Shown here: piece after piece, positions 11,986-24,082 of the stretch | Numbering within the stretch: the stretch's first letter is position 1 | How the letters are laid out: every line of letters starts with the position of its first letter | NCBI RefSeq assembly: GCF_001194135.2 | Contig: NC_068981.1 | Span: 23,091,513-23,130,854 of the forward strand | Direction: 5' to 3' | Source: Octopus bimaculoides | Lineage: Eukaryota | Length of the DNA: 39,342 bases | The notes under the pieces: model-generated | Database searches by the model: none | Told to the model about the DNA's origin: nothing | What the model saw: only the letters and a program-made list of their open reading frames with translations | Translations under genes and position numbers: made by a program

Positions 11986-13014
11986 TCTTACTATAATGGG
12001 CATTATGTCCATCTGTCTGTCTGTTCCCTCTTCACAGTCAAACAGCTGGATCAATGGTCAAAAAGTTTTTGGGGTTATGAAGGAGGTAATCAGGAAGTTT
12101 GTTAGCAAAAGAAAAAGAAAAAAAAATGCAAAAAAGTATGATTATTTAGTGGATATTGAGTTTTGTATTGATAAATCACCTTTGATTTCTTTTTGTTAAA
12201 ATTCCAGTGATGAGGATTAACTCCCTATAGTTTGTGAATTTAGAGGGTTTAGATTTGCCATACTGTCCCTTTATTTCCCATCATAGATGGGCAGATTTGC
12301 TTTCTTACTATAATGAGCATTATGTCCATCTGCCCATCTCTTTGTCTGTTTCCTCTTCACAGCCAAATGGCTGGACCAATGGTTATGATATTTTTCGGGA
12401 TTACAAAGACAGTCGTCTGGAAGGTTTTTAGCATTAAAAAATCAGAGAGTATGATTATTTCATGGATATCGATTTTTGAATTGATAAACCACCTTTGCAT
12501 TTTTATTAAAAATTTACTGACCACGAGTAACTCTGGATTTTCATCGTATAGTTCGTGGCCTCATCATAAATATAAAGGGGGTCACGAAGATGGTTAATAG
12601 TGAAAATAAAATGGAAATGTGTGTGTCAGTATACAGTGTGTGTGATTATTTAGTGGTTATTGAAGTGTGTCAGTCTCGAGCAGGATTCGAAATGGCTAAT
12701 TGAAGTGGCTGTTGTTTACATCTCAGTTTTGTCAATCAAAATAACCCATGGTACCAGAACATCCAAACATTATTCACACAGAGCAGTGAGAGGTAAGTCT
12801 TAGTTTGATTTTTTGCAACCCTAAAGATTCCACTCGCGCATTCACAGCAAACAAGGCACAGGGCCAGACTTTAGATCATGTAAGTGTATTTTTATCCACT
12901 TTGATGTTTAAACACGGCCAGTTATATGTCACTATGAGTAGAGTAATGGACTCCAGTAATTTGAAAATTAGTGTTGACCAAACAGAAAATATCATCTACA
13001 AAGAAGTTTTGTAA
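11986..13014 (+). mobile_element. Helitron remnant: two diverged 5' modules plus a helicase C-terminal fragment
   Basis: A|TCTTACTATAATGGGC start at 11986 and a second TCTTACTATAATGAGC module at 12303, followed by the PIF1-like fragment. Confidence 0.65.
12805..13014 (+). pseudogene. PIF1-family (Helitron RepHel) helicase C-terminal fragment
   Basis: AFTANKAQGQTLDHVSVFLSTLMFKHGQLYVTMSRV...ENIIYKEVL* matches the TINKSQGQT...HGQLYVALSRV...NIVYKEVL signature. Confidence 0.9.
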
Positions 13015-13896
13015 TCATATTGATATTATTGAAAGGAATATGATTTATAATTTGAATAAGGAAATTTGTGAATTTTGAATGTATAAGAGTATAAACAAGC
13101 TTAAAATAACATAAACAACTAAAATAAAAGTATATCTAAATAACATTTTTTTCTTAATACTTTTTATGTAATGGTCGAAGGAAGCTCTGGCCTTTATTAG
13201 GAGTGGTCCACATAACCATTCATGATACAGAGGCTGGGAGTCTATTTTAGTTTGGGAGTGAATCGTCATCACATGTCACTTAGTGGCAATTGAATGCTGT
13301 ATCACCAACAATAATGTGATTTCTCTAAGACATCACCCAGTAATCTATCAAGTCCATTTACAAATTTCTCAATACATACTGCTGTTATGACTTCCCTCCC
13401 TCATTTTATGCCTCCATTGTAAATGAGTAGATTTACTAGTTCAGAGAATTTTCATATCTAATTTTACTCTTCAAAATTACAACAAATTATTGAACATCAA
13501 AATCAGTCATCATTATTGTTATCATCACCCCAGTAATAATCTAGATCAGACCAAACACTGTGGATGCAGACATGGTGGTGTTGTTGAGATGTTCACTTCA
13601 CAATCACCTTATGATACACTGTGTGTCTTCTACTAAACCTTTGAGCAACCCAAACCATGTGACAGAAATTTGGTAGACAGAAACTTTTGTGGAATTCCAT
13701 CAGATAGCTATCACTGCATCATTCTGTAGTAGCAAGTTTGACATCTTTGCTGTGTTGTATGACCCAGCCCAGTGGCATGGCTCATTATATTTAGTAAGAC
13801 TGGTAATGAGGTATTCAACTGAAGACCTGAACAAGGTAGTTGAAAAAGGCAACTGAAATGGTACTCCCCGATATCATTTTAATGATTTACTGCACA

Positions 13897-13988
13897 ATCA
13901 CACAAGCTAAATATAGTCTCAAACCCAGAATCACACAAGCTAAATATAGTCTCAAATTACACAAGCTAAATATAGTCTCAAAGCCAGT
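13897..13988. repeat. Minisatellite, 3 copies of ~28-33 bp (acacaagctaaatatagtctcaaa core)
   Basis: Direct repeats, seen directly. Confidence 0.9.
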
Positions 13989-14034
13989 GTGATCATACTG
14001 AGCAAATGTAATAACACAAAGTAAATATTGTTTT

Positions 14035-14245
14035 CAAATTTTGGTGCAAGGCCAGCAACTTCAGGAGACAAACTAAATTGATTACATCAATCCCAGTGCA
14101 TAACTGGTACTTATTTTATTGACCCCGAAAGGATGAAAGGCAAAGTCAACCTTGGCAGAATTTGAACTCAGAATGTAAAGACAGACGAAATACCACTAAG
14201 CATTTTGCTTGTTGTGCTAATGATTCTGCTACCTTACTGCCTTAA
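14035..14245 (+). mobile_element. SINE 3' module (gaccccgaaaggatgaaaggcaaagtcaacc family)
   Basis: Related copies at ~6930-6990, 32570-32680 and 37525-37640. Confidence 0.7.
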
Positions 14246-14625
14246 GAATAAAGTAAATATTGACAGGAACCAAACAGGACAATATGGATTAACTACAGAA
14301 ACTATAGACACTGACTTAAGGTAGTTAGACATACTAAACATAGTCACCTTGCAGAGCGTTTATCTATTCAAAACAACATCTAGGTCACAAGAGTCATTTT
14401 CTTTCAAAAATTTGCAAAAATTATTTCTAAGCAATTAAAGCCAAAACAATGAAGTAAGCAAGAAGTATGTAAACAATACAGGAAATATATCTTCCTTTAG
14501 AAACAAAATTCTTGTGTTCGTGCCAAAAATGTTATTCTTTCTTCCTTTTCAAATATTCTTAAATGATTTAAAACAATTTAAAAGAACAATAACTTGATTA
14601 AAAATAGCAAGACCACCTGCCTTAC

Positions 14626-14630
14626 TGTAC

Positions 14631-14661
<31 letters not shown>

Positions 14662-14882
14662 TGTATGTATTGTATGCATGTATGTATATACGCATGTATG
14701 CATGTATGTATGTATGAATGTATGCATGTATGCATGTATGTATGAATGTGTGTATGTATGTATGCATGTATGTATGTATGTATGTATGTATGAATGTATG
14801 TATGCACCCATACATATGTATGTATGTACATACATATGTATGGGTGCATGTGTGCATTTGTATGTATGTGTGCATGTGTGTG
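14626..14882. repeat. (TATG)n compound microsatellite
   Basis: Seen directly. Confidence 0.97.
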
Positions 14883-15515
14883 TTAAAGTTTCTCATTCTG
14901 CTGGGGAAAAGTTTGGGCAACTGATATGCTGATGATATTTATTGTGGCAGAAGCACTTGTCTACAGGTGTCCTGTTGTCGAAAGTCAATGAGACTGTTCT
15001 TTTCCTTAAATGGCATATCAGTTTTGGAGAATTTTTGATTATTGAGAGTATATCTCTTTCTCATTTGGAGTTGGTCCCAGCTGCTAATAAGTGATTGCTG
15101 TAACTTCACTGGAGATAATTTCAATGATTGAAGCATGTATCCAATGACAACAATATTTAAACAAAATTGCTCACAGAAAACTTCCAAGTACATCGTTGTC
15201 ATCACCATTGTTGCCATTGGCGTCATCCTCATTATCTTTTAATGTCTATTTTCCATGGTGGCATGGATTGGATGGTTTCACAGGAACTGACAATGCCCTT
15301 CCGATAAAGCACCTCCTGTGCTAGTGCCACATAAAAAGCACCCAATACACTCTGTAAAGTGGTTGGCATTAGGAAGGGCATCCAGCCATAGAAACCATGC
15401 CAAGACAGACAATTGGAGCCTGGTGCAGCTCTGCAGCTGGCCAGTTCCTGTCAAACCATCCAACCTGTGCCAGAATGGAGAATAGATGTTAAATGGTGAT
15501 GATGGTAATGATAAT

Positions 15516-15955
15516 CTCTTTACTCTTTACTCTTTTACTCGTTTCAGTCATTTGACTGCGGCCATGCTGGNNNNNNNNNNNNNNNNNNNNNNNNNNNNNN
15601 NNNNNNNNNNNNNNNNNNNNNNNNNNNNNNNNNNNNNNNNNNNNNNNNNNNNNNNNNNNNNACTTATTCTATCGGTCTCTTTTGCCGAACCGCTAAGTGA
15701 CAGGGACATAAACACACCAGCATCGGTTGTCAAGCAATGCTAGGGGGACAAATACAGACACACAAACACACACACAGACATATATATACACATATATACG
15801 ATGGGCTTCTTTCACTTTCCGTCTACCAAATCCACTCACAAGGCTTTGGTCGGCCCGAGGCTATAGTAGATGACACTTGCCCAAGATGCCATGCAGTGAA
15901 ACTGAACCCGGAACTATGTGGTTGGTAAGCAAGCTACTTACCACACAGCCATTCC
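15516..15955 (-). mobile_element. Near full-length tRNA-derived SINE (interrupted by N 15571-15661)
   Basis: Minus strand reads ggaatggctgtgtggtaagtagcttgcttaccaaccacatagttccgggttcag (pol III box-like head), then a (TG)n spacer, a core and a gagtaaaa tail. Confidence 0.85.
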
Positions 15956-17044
15956 TGTATCATAATAACAACGTATGTGTGTGTGTATGCATGTGTGCAT
16001 GCGGGCAGGAGTGGGGCAGTACTCTTGTCTTGGCATCATGTCATTGCAAATAAGCATCACCACCATACAAGAAATGTTTGTTTCCAGTTTTCCATGGAAA
16101 ATATGTCTGGCCAGGGGAAATATTACCTTGCTGAGAAGACAGGTGAAGACTGATGACAGAAAGAGTATGTAACTGTAGAAAATCTGCCTCAACAAATTTT
16201 GTGTGGTCCATGCAAACTTAGAAAAGTGGACATCAAATGACGATGATGACGATGATGATGAAATTGCTCATTTGAAGGTAGATGCTTTTGGTTTTCACAA
16301 GAAACTTGTCATTTCTTACTAAGTTCTTCCACAAACACTTCAACAGATCTTTCATGTTTAGGCAATCATCAAAGCTTAGTTATTCTGTTATTTGAATTCT
16401 ACATTCTCTGTGGTTTAGACTTAAGGCTCTTCTTACTGCCTTCTGACTTTACCTGATTTTATTTCCTATCTCTTCATCACCAATATGTGCAGTGTTTACT
16501 AAATCAATCAGCCTGTTCAACCGCCAAGTTCAGCAAAGTATTGCTGGCTTTTATAACAAGTGCAGTTGGCTTTTACAGGTGTGGCTGATGTCTACAGCAT
16601 GTGAAGCTGGCTTTTACTGCAAGAGCAAATGATTAACAGGGGCCAATAGTTAAATGCAGACCAAAAAAGAAGGGAAACATGTAACAATCATGTTGCAGCA
16701 TATTTATTGTCATGTCACCTTGCCCAATGGTCACATGAGCCATGCTTTTTAATGAGGTTGGCAATTTGATGGAGGAGGTGAACTCAGTAGTTAAATATAG
16801 CAATTGAGGCAAGTACACAAAGAGATTATTACAATGACCATTTGACCATTGGACACCTTTAGTAGAATTCAACATAGCTACAAGCAGTCAGACTGAGTCT
16901 CTGGTTAGAAGATAACTTATGAGTTGTGATTCCTTTCTACCTCTTCTTCAGCAGTGTTAGAGATGCTGCGACAGGAATAGGTAAGGAATACTGCTCTCCC
17001 ACCCTTGACTAAGCTGTAAAATGTAATTAAAAGCAGATATATGA

Positions 17045-17114
17045 GCACCTTGGGCAACCTGGGCTGACCAATGCCTTGCGAATACATTTGATAGAAGCTG
17101 TGTTGAAACCCATC

Positions 17115-17163
<49 letters not shown>

Positions 17164-17360
17164 TTTGTCTCTTCCACCACTTAGCAGCCAATGTTTGTTT
17201 GTTTTCATTCTTGTAACTTATCAGTGAAAGAGGCCAATAGAATTAGTACATGACTTTAAAAATAAGTCCTGGGGTGGATTTGTTTAACTAAGCATTTCAA
17301 GGTGGTGCCCTAGCTTGGCCACAGTCCAATAGACGAAATAAGCACAAGATCAAAGATAAT
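17045..17360 (+). mobile_element. Older copy of the same tRNA-SINE family
   Basis: caccttgggcaa ... (TG)n ... aagtcctggggtggatttg ... same module order as 15516-15955. Confidence 0.7.
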
Positions 17361-17920
17361 AAGACTGCTAACAAAATAAGAGAAAAAATAACAAAAACAA
17401 ATAAAAGGAAAACTAGATTAAATAATGACTGCTAAGTGTGGACCAATGTAGTGTAGGGAGTTAAAAACAATATTCAATCAAATTGTAATTACACTTGTAA
17501 CAAGAAAGAAAAATCGTTAGCATTAATGGCGATTCCTGTTAAGTGGGATAAGGGAGGGAACACCAAATTATAAATTGATGAAAACTTAAGAGATGCACAG
17601 CTGGGAGTGAGTCTGTTATTTGCAAGGTACAGAACAAATTAGGAAATTGATTGGTTGAGAAATAACAATATTTAATTTACTCAGAATATCAGGATAGAAG
17701 ACAAAAATAGACAAAAATATTTATTCTTTACTTGGATATTGTGGACACAGTAAAGTTGATTTAGCACTGGGCTAAATATCTTACAGTACAGTAGTACCTT
17801 GGAATTTTGAACAACTCTGATTGCGAATAAATCATGCTTTATATATATATATGTTGGAGAAGCAACTCAATGCTAATCCCTGTATATTTATGATGATAAA
17901 TGGTTTTACCGATAAAGGTT

Positions 17921-17996
17921 TTTTCATACTGAACTACTTGGCAAAATTGTTAATTATTAATTCTATTATTAATTGACGATTCCCTGCCCTTATTCT

Positions 17997-18032
<36 letters not shown>

Positions 18033-18124
18033 TTACAAATTAAAAGGGTAAAGGATTATCAATTTATTAATTAATAAATCAATTAATAATTAATAATTTT
18101 TACCAAGCCCGTCGGTATGAAAGC
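17921..18124. repeat. Two diverged copies of one element end, inverted around a (TA)n tract
   Basis: The left arm tttcatactgaactacttggcaaaattgttaattattaatt matches the reverse complement of the right arm (tttcataccgacgggcttggtaaaaattattaattattaatt). Confidence 0.6.
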
Positions 18125-18347
18125 NNNNNNNNNNNNNNNNNNNNNNNNNNNNNNNNNNNNNNNNNNNNNNNNNNNNNNNNNNNNNNNNNNNNNNNNNNNN
18201 NNNNNNNNNNNNNNNNNNNNNNNNNNNNNNNNNNNNNNNNNNNNNNNNNNNNNNNNNNNNNNNNNNNNNNNNNNNNNNNNNNNNNNNNNNNNNNNNNNNN
18301 NNNNNNNNNNNNNNNNNNNNNNNNNNNNNNNNNNNNNNNNNNNNNNN

Positions 18348-18666
18348 AAAAAATGTTTGAGCCAGGTCGTTGCCAGTGCCACTGGACTGGCTCCTGTGCA
18401 GGTGGCACGTAAAAAACACCATTTTAAGCATGGCCGTTGCCAGTACCGCCTGACTGGCCCTTGTGCCAGTGGCACGTCAAAGCACCCACTACACTCTCGG
18501 AGTGGTTGGCATTAGAAAGGGCATCCAGCTATAGAAACTCTGCTAGATCACATTGGAGCCTGGTGTAGCCTTCAGGTTCCACCAGTCCTCAGTCAAATCG
18601 TGCAACCCATGCTAGCATGGAAGGCAGACGTTAAACGATGATGATGATGATGATGATGATGATGAT
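18348..18666 (+). mobile_element. RTE-family 3' end copy with (GAT)n tail
   Basis: Reverse complement of the 25875-26200 sequence. Confidence 0.85.
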
Positions 18667-19149
18667 AAAGCACAATTTATTCATGAGCAGAGGCGTTCGT
18701 AAACCAGGTACAACTGTATTAAATGAATATGAGAAAGACTGGAGATAAAGTATGATTTATTTGTGATCAGAGTTGTTTGAAAACCAATGTTCTACTGTAT
18801 TTGGTTTAGTTCTTTACATTCTGTTTATAAATTGTGATGGAGCCAACTTTTGTCTTTCATCTTTCAGAGGTCGGCACCAGACATGTATTTGGGTTACTTG
18901 ACTGGTTATACCTTTCCTAAACAAATTTCTAGCCTTGTGTCTATGTTAAACAAATTATTTGTTTTCAAAACAGCTTTGCTTTGCCCAACTCTCGCATTTT
19001 CTTTTATTCTTAGAAGCATGCACATGCATACACATGCACACAAGACCCTGCACACTTGGAAGTAAAACTTAAAATAGCAAGAGACTGACTCACCCAAAAT
19101 AAAAATATGAAAAATATTATTAATCTCTATGTTATTAAGTACCCTCACT

Positions 19150-19600
19150 TCAGATGGCCTATACTAAATGTTGTGGTTAATGGGGGTCTACATAGTTGCC
19201 AGATGCTGATTGGGTGAGCACCATATTCCAATGAGTGACACAAACCCCAAGTCCTACTTCAACCTCTTCATGGTACCACCTGGATGTAAACCAACAGGAG
19301 AGGACGACTGCAGGTGTCTGGCACAGTATAACCAGGTGTCTGCCATGATCGGCAGCCTGTCTAGGAGAAGGATACTCTGATATAAAACCTATGACCTGAG
19401 GACCTCTCTGTCATCATCCCAGCTTGCTGGGCCATGGCAGAGGAACTCCAGGTGTAAAGCTGCACTTCACCTTAAAACTCCATTGCACAGGCTGAAGGAT
19501 CTGTCCATGTCCACAATCATGATCGACTGTGCAAACGATGTGGACAACAGCCTTTCTAATCTTCGTCAGCGAAGCAAAGCCAGGATATATAATAATAATA
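19150..19600 (+). mobile_element. Probable LINE 5'-UTR-like fragment
   Basis: gcagcctgtctaggagaaggatactctgatataaaacc resembles RTE 5' UTR motifs as I recall them; weak support. Confidence 0.3.
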
Positions 19601-19748
19601 ATGGAATTATTGTGTATAGTGCTCAGGTGCACGACAACTCATCAAAGGTGCATGTACAGTTCATAGAATTATGTACAAATGCCAGGAAAGTGAACAGTGT
19701 ATGAGTCATGATATACATACCTGTATCAGATATATATATACCCATATC

Positions 19749-19992
19749 TGTGTGTGTGCGTGCGTGCTTGTGTGTGTGTTGTGCATATGCATGCATGTAT
19801 GTCTACCTGTGTGTGTTGTGCGTATGCATGCATGTATGTATATGTGTGTGTTGTGTGTATGCATGTGTTTGTGTGTGTGCTTGTGTGTGTTGTGCGTATA
19901 AATGCATGTATGTATGTGTGTATGTGTGTGTGTGCATGTATGTTGTGTGCATGTATGTATGTGTATGTGTGCGTGTGTGTGCTTGTGTGTAC
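19749..19992. repeat. (TG)/(TATG) compound microsatellite
   Basis: Seen directly. Confidence 0.95.
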
Positions 19993-20902
19993 ATATATTC
20001 TTTTATTAGTTACGGGATCTCAGTCATTTGACTGTGGCCATGTGGAGCACTCTACTTGAAAAGTTTTAACCAATTATATTTCCGGCTGAGTGGTTGGTGT
20101 TAGGAAGGGCATCCAGAGGTAAATATCATACCAAAACAGACACAGAAGTCTGGTGCAGGCTCCTGCCAGGCCAGCTCCTGTCAAACTGCCCAGCCCATGC
20201 CAGCATGGCAGGCAAACATTAAATGACGATGACAACGACAACAACGATGATGATGATGATGAGGATACTAAAACCCGTCAAGTAATTTTCTGAGCCCTGT
20301 AAAGCAAATCCACTCTAGAAATAAGGGGGTGTAATTAACAGTTACTGGACAGAATACTACAGAAATATTCTATCAGAGAATGGCAAAAAGACTATCTTGG
20401 AAAAGTTCAATAAGGTTGATCACCTATTGATCCATATTTCTAATCAAGAAAGTTCAAGAATTTTTAGTTTATCCAAATGCGTCATTCGATTACTTATTTT
20501 TATCACTTTAGCTCAGTTTCTTTTTTCTCTCATTCCGGTAGAATTTAATGTCACTATTAATGGCAAGAATATGAAATAAATATTGTCATTATAGTTATTG
20601 ATGCAGCATATCTATATGTATATATATTTTTGTTGTTAAACCCACAAGATATCTCTGATTGAGCAGAACTATGGTTGACAAGAATCCAGCCTTGGGCATG
20701 TTTCTTTCTTGTTTTTTATTCGGGAAGTGTACACAGGACTACATTATCAAATGCATCCATTTTTAAGGAGTGGCATCAGTGGTATTTGACTGTTATTTCT
20801 AGCAGACCAAGTGACAATGTACTACATAAGGGCTTCTTCATAGGCTCACATAAATAGTTTGTTTGAATTCATAGATATGTGTGCAATATGTGTATCTGCA
20901 TA

Positions 20903-21139
20903 ATACATACATACATACATACACATGCATACATGCATACATACATACATGCATACATACATACATACATACATACACATGCACACATACATACATACAT
21001 ACACATGCACACATACATACATACACATGCACACATACATACATACATACACATGCACACATACATACATACATACATCCATACACATGCACACATACAT
21101 ACATACATACATACATACATACATACATACATACATACA
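20903..21139. repeat. (CATA)n compound microsatellite
   Basis: Seen directly. Confidence 0.97.
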
Positions 21140-21203
21140 AACATATTGTATCCAGAAACATAGTTGAGACTAACTACTATACACTTCATGTTAGATGAAA
21201 GCT

Positions 21204-21259
21204 CTCAGGTTTAACTTAGCTCAGGTTTAACTTAGCTCAGGTTTAACTTAGCTAAGGTT
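21204..21259. repeat. 16-bp tandem repeat (ctcaggtttaacttag) x3.5
   Basis: Seen directly. Confidence 0.95.
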
Positions 21260-21539
21260 GCTGTCATCATTCTCCAGGATTGCTCAGGCTTATCCTTTCA
21301 GAGTAAAATATGCCTCGAACTTAAGTTATGCAGTGTAATCTTCTACTATGAAACTTGAAGCAGTTTGTCTCAAGATTCTTTACACAAAATATCAATAATT
21401 CTCAAATATGTATTGAATACTTAATTCTGCTGATGTTGTCAACAAATGAACAGTAAACCACACACACACACACACACACACATCACATTCACATATATAT
21501 ATACATATACCCATGCACATATATACATATGTGTATGTG

Positions 21540-21573
<34 letters not shown>

Positions 21574-22642
21574 GCTGATTCAGGCCATCTTAGATGATGT
21601 TTGTCAGAAGACGTCAGAGATCAAGGGGGAGATAAATGACATTCGCTTCATTAATTTTACATTGAGATAAGAACTTTGGAACAAATTGGCCAACAGTTGG
21701 AATTCAACTTGGAACTGGAACAATAGAATGATTGCATTACAGAATTAATTCTCATCTGTCCTTAACCTCTGATAAAACACCACCGGGACATATAGTCATT
21801 ATAGACGTATTATAGTCATGCTATTCAGCTCCGTTTAGTTTTGGGCCACAGACCCAATTAGTCCTCCGCAGGAGTGAGCTTAAAAGTCTGCACTGAGTGT
21901 GGCTTTTAAACTAGTAAAGATCTAGAAAAACTAGAAAGACCTAGAAAAAAAAAGTGTTGAAGAGATGAAAACCGATCCCAAGTTGTTGCGTCCCTCAAAA
22001 GCGATAACAAGGGATCATGATGATTATTAAGATGTGTATGGTGAAAACTCACTGTCTCAAGTAAGCCAGGCGGAGAAATCTCTAACCATGGGAATAAGTG
22101 GGGTGCACTTGTTGCATCAACACACTTCTTCCTAAACGCTTTCTTCCTAAATGCTTTCTTCCTTTTGGGGTATCTTGTGTTCATCCTCTATGGTTCCCTC
22201 CAGCCTTTCTTTTCCCTCACTGTTCTGACTACATTCATCCACTGCTCCCCAATACTTGCTTCTCTTTCTCTCTTCATTCTCTTCTTATAGCTTCTCTCAC
22301 CTCAGTACTCTCTCATCTCTGGTAAAACCTCACCTAAAAATCATTACCCTTTTCCTTATATTTTTACTTTTTGTCATGACAGTTCTTCAGTTTTGCCAGT
22401 TACAAGGTAACCCCACTAGAGTTGGTGCTATGTCCATACAATGATAGAAACCATGCCAAACTGAGATTCTGGAACACAATACAGTCCTCTGACTCATCAA
22501 AAGGAATGCGAAAGTCAAGCATCTGGATAACAGGTACCAGTTGGTGACAGGAAAAGCATCAAGAAGTAAAAGCCTAACTCAAGATTAAATTCTTGTTCAA
22601 ACCATGCTCATATGGAAAATAGATGCTGACTGAAGAAACTGC

Positions 22643-22658
22643 ACACACACACACACAT

Positions 22659-22704
<46 letters not shown>

Positions 22705-22860
22705 ACAAATACATACACAATACACATAGACATATATATGCATATACATATACTTACACATACACATACAATATATACATACGTATACGGACATGTACAT
22801 ATATACACATATACATATACACATAAATATATATATGTATAATAATATATAGATATACTT
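22643..22860. repeat. (CA)n/(TA)n compound microsatellite just downstream of the SPAG16 stop
   Basis: Seen directly. Confidence 0.95.
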
Positions 22861-22966
22861 ATTTGTGTTTATAAATATGTATTATTTGAAAATTTATATT
22901 TGTAATTTCCTTAATAAAAAATTGTGAAAATAACTAAAAGACAAAATGCTTGTTAAAACTATTCAA

Positions 22967-23077
22967 TTAGCTCCAAAATCTAGCTGTACCGTCACTACCG
23001 CCGGACACTAGGTATTGTCCACTGCATTCAAATTCGACACATTGGACAGCATCATCATGTCCTATAAGAGACACCAA
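22967..23077 (-). CDS. SPAG16: SPAG16/PF20-like WD40 protein, terminal coding exon
   Basis: ttctttctctttcag|LVSLIGHDDAVQCVEFECSGQYLVSGGSDGTARFWS*(TAA). Matches the remembered vertebrate C-terminus ...GHENEAHTVVFSHDGEILFSGGSDGTVRTWS. Starts in phase 0. Confidence 0.93.
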   Translation of the reverse strand: MVSLIGHDDAVQCVEFECSGQYLVSGGSDGTARFWS

Positions 23078-24047
23078 CTGAAAGAGAAAGAAAATGGTTT
23101 TATACATTAATGTCTAAAATATATTAGACATTAAAATATATTAGATTTCATTTGACATTTAAACTTCATACACTGCATACTACAAACGTGGAATCTCTTA
23201 GAGGACAGTTAGCATAAGGGAGATAATCAATTCTCCATAATATTTGATGGGATTAGAAGATTGAAGTTGAAATTCAAGAATAGGAGAGATGATGCATAGA
23301 ATTTACATATTTAATTCTTTTTTTTTTTGCTTACTTATTACAAAGATTTAAAAATTTCTAGTCAATGGTAATCAAGTACAATACTATTTCATTCTTTTTA
23401 GAAATCATCAGCATGAAATAATTTGAGATAAATACTATTTTACTATTTTACTTGTTTCAGCCAGACCAGGACACCACCTTGTTAATAAAATGGAGCTACT
23501 ATTTATTTGTTGTCTGCTACAAATTCTATTAGTATGTTCTTTTTACAGAACTACTAAGTTATAGAGATATAATGAATCCAGCACCAGTTGACAAGTCATG
23601 TGAAACAAATAATTACACATTCACAAATATAAGAATTTTTTTCTCTTAGTAAATAACACATTATTTGTGAGTTCTAATGCAACATTTGCTTTTAAAAGGT
23701 GAATATTTTACCTTTTGGGATTAATACTGCTTCTGCTGTTCTATTTATTTTTTTCTTAAGTACACTATTTTCTAGCAACATCAGTGCCTGATTTGGCTCT
23801 GTATTTCTATGTACGTTGCTAGTGCAGCAGTTTCTGTTATTTCTAGCAGTGAGGTATCTATCATTGACAAGGCCAAAAGAGGCTAAAATCAAGTGATCTA
23901 GTAGTCCTAGCAGCAGAATTAGTGGTGATTGTCTGCCACTGGCAATAGCTATGATATGCTTTTATACACTAGAAACCACATGGGACTTTATCTCTCTTGG
24001 TAAATATTGCAGTATCTGTGTGTTCTTAATGCAACATCTACTTTTAA

Positions 24048-24082
<35 letters not shown>

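Noticed and set aside
14549-14932. H/T/Y/I- and M/Y/V/C-rich ORFs (also 19671-20059, 20838-21198, 22597-22842, 36123-36553)
   Set aside because: Microsatellite translations that are open in many frames; not genes.
14939-15232. 97-aa minus-strand ORF with a possible acceptor (…ctccag|)
   Set aside because: The 5' part derives from a repeat tail, there is no convincing donor, and I recognise no homology.
16146-16170. CTGATGA...GAAA motif (also ~24568-24590)
   Set aside because: No stem II or stem I pairing, so not a hammerhead.
18690-19065. Plus-strand donor (~18708) and strong acceptor (~18867) pair
   Set aside because: The join gives only a very short peptide next to a repeat tail; no supporting exons.
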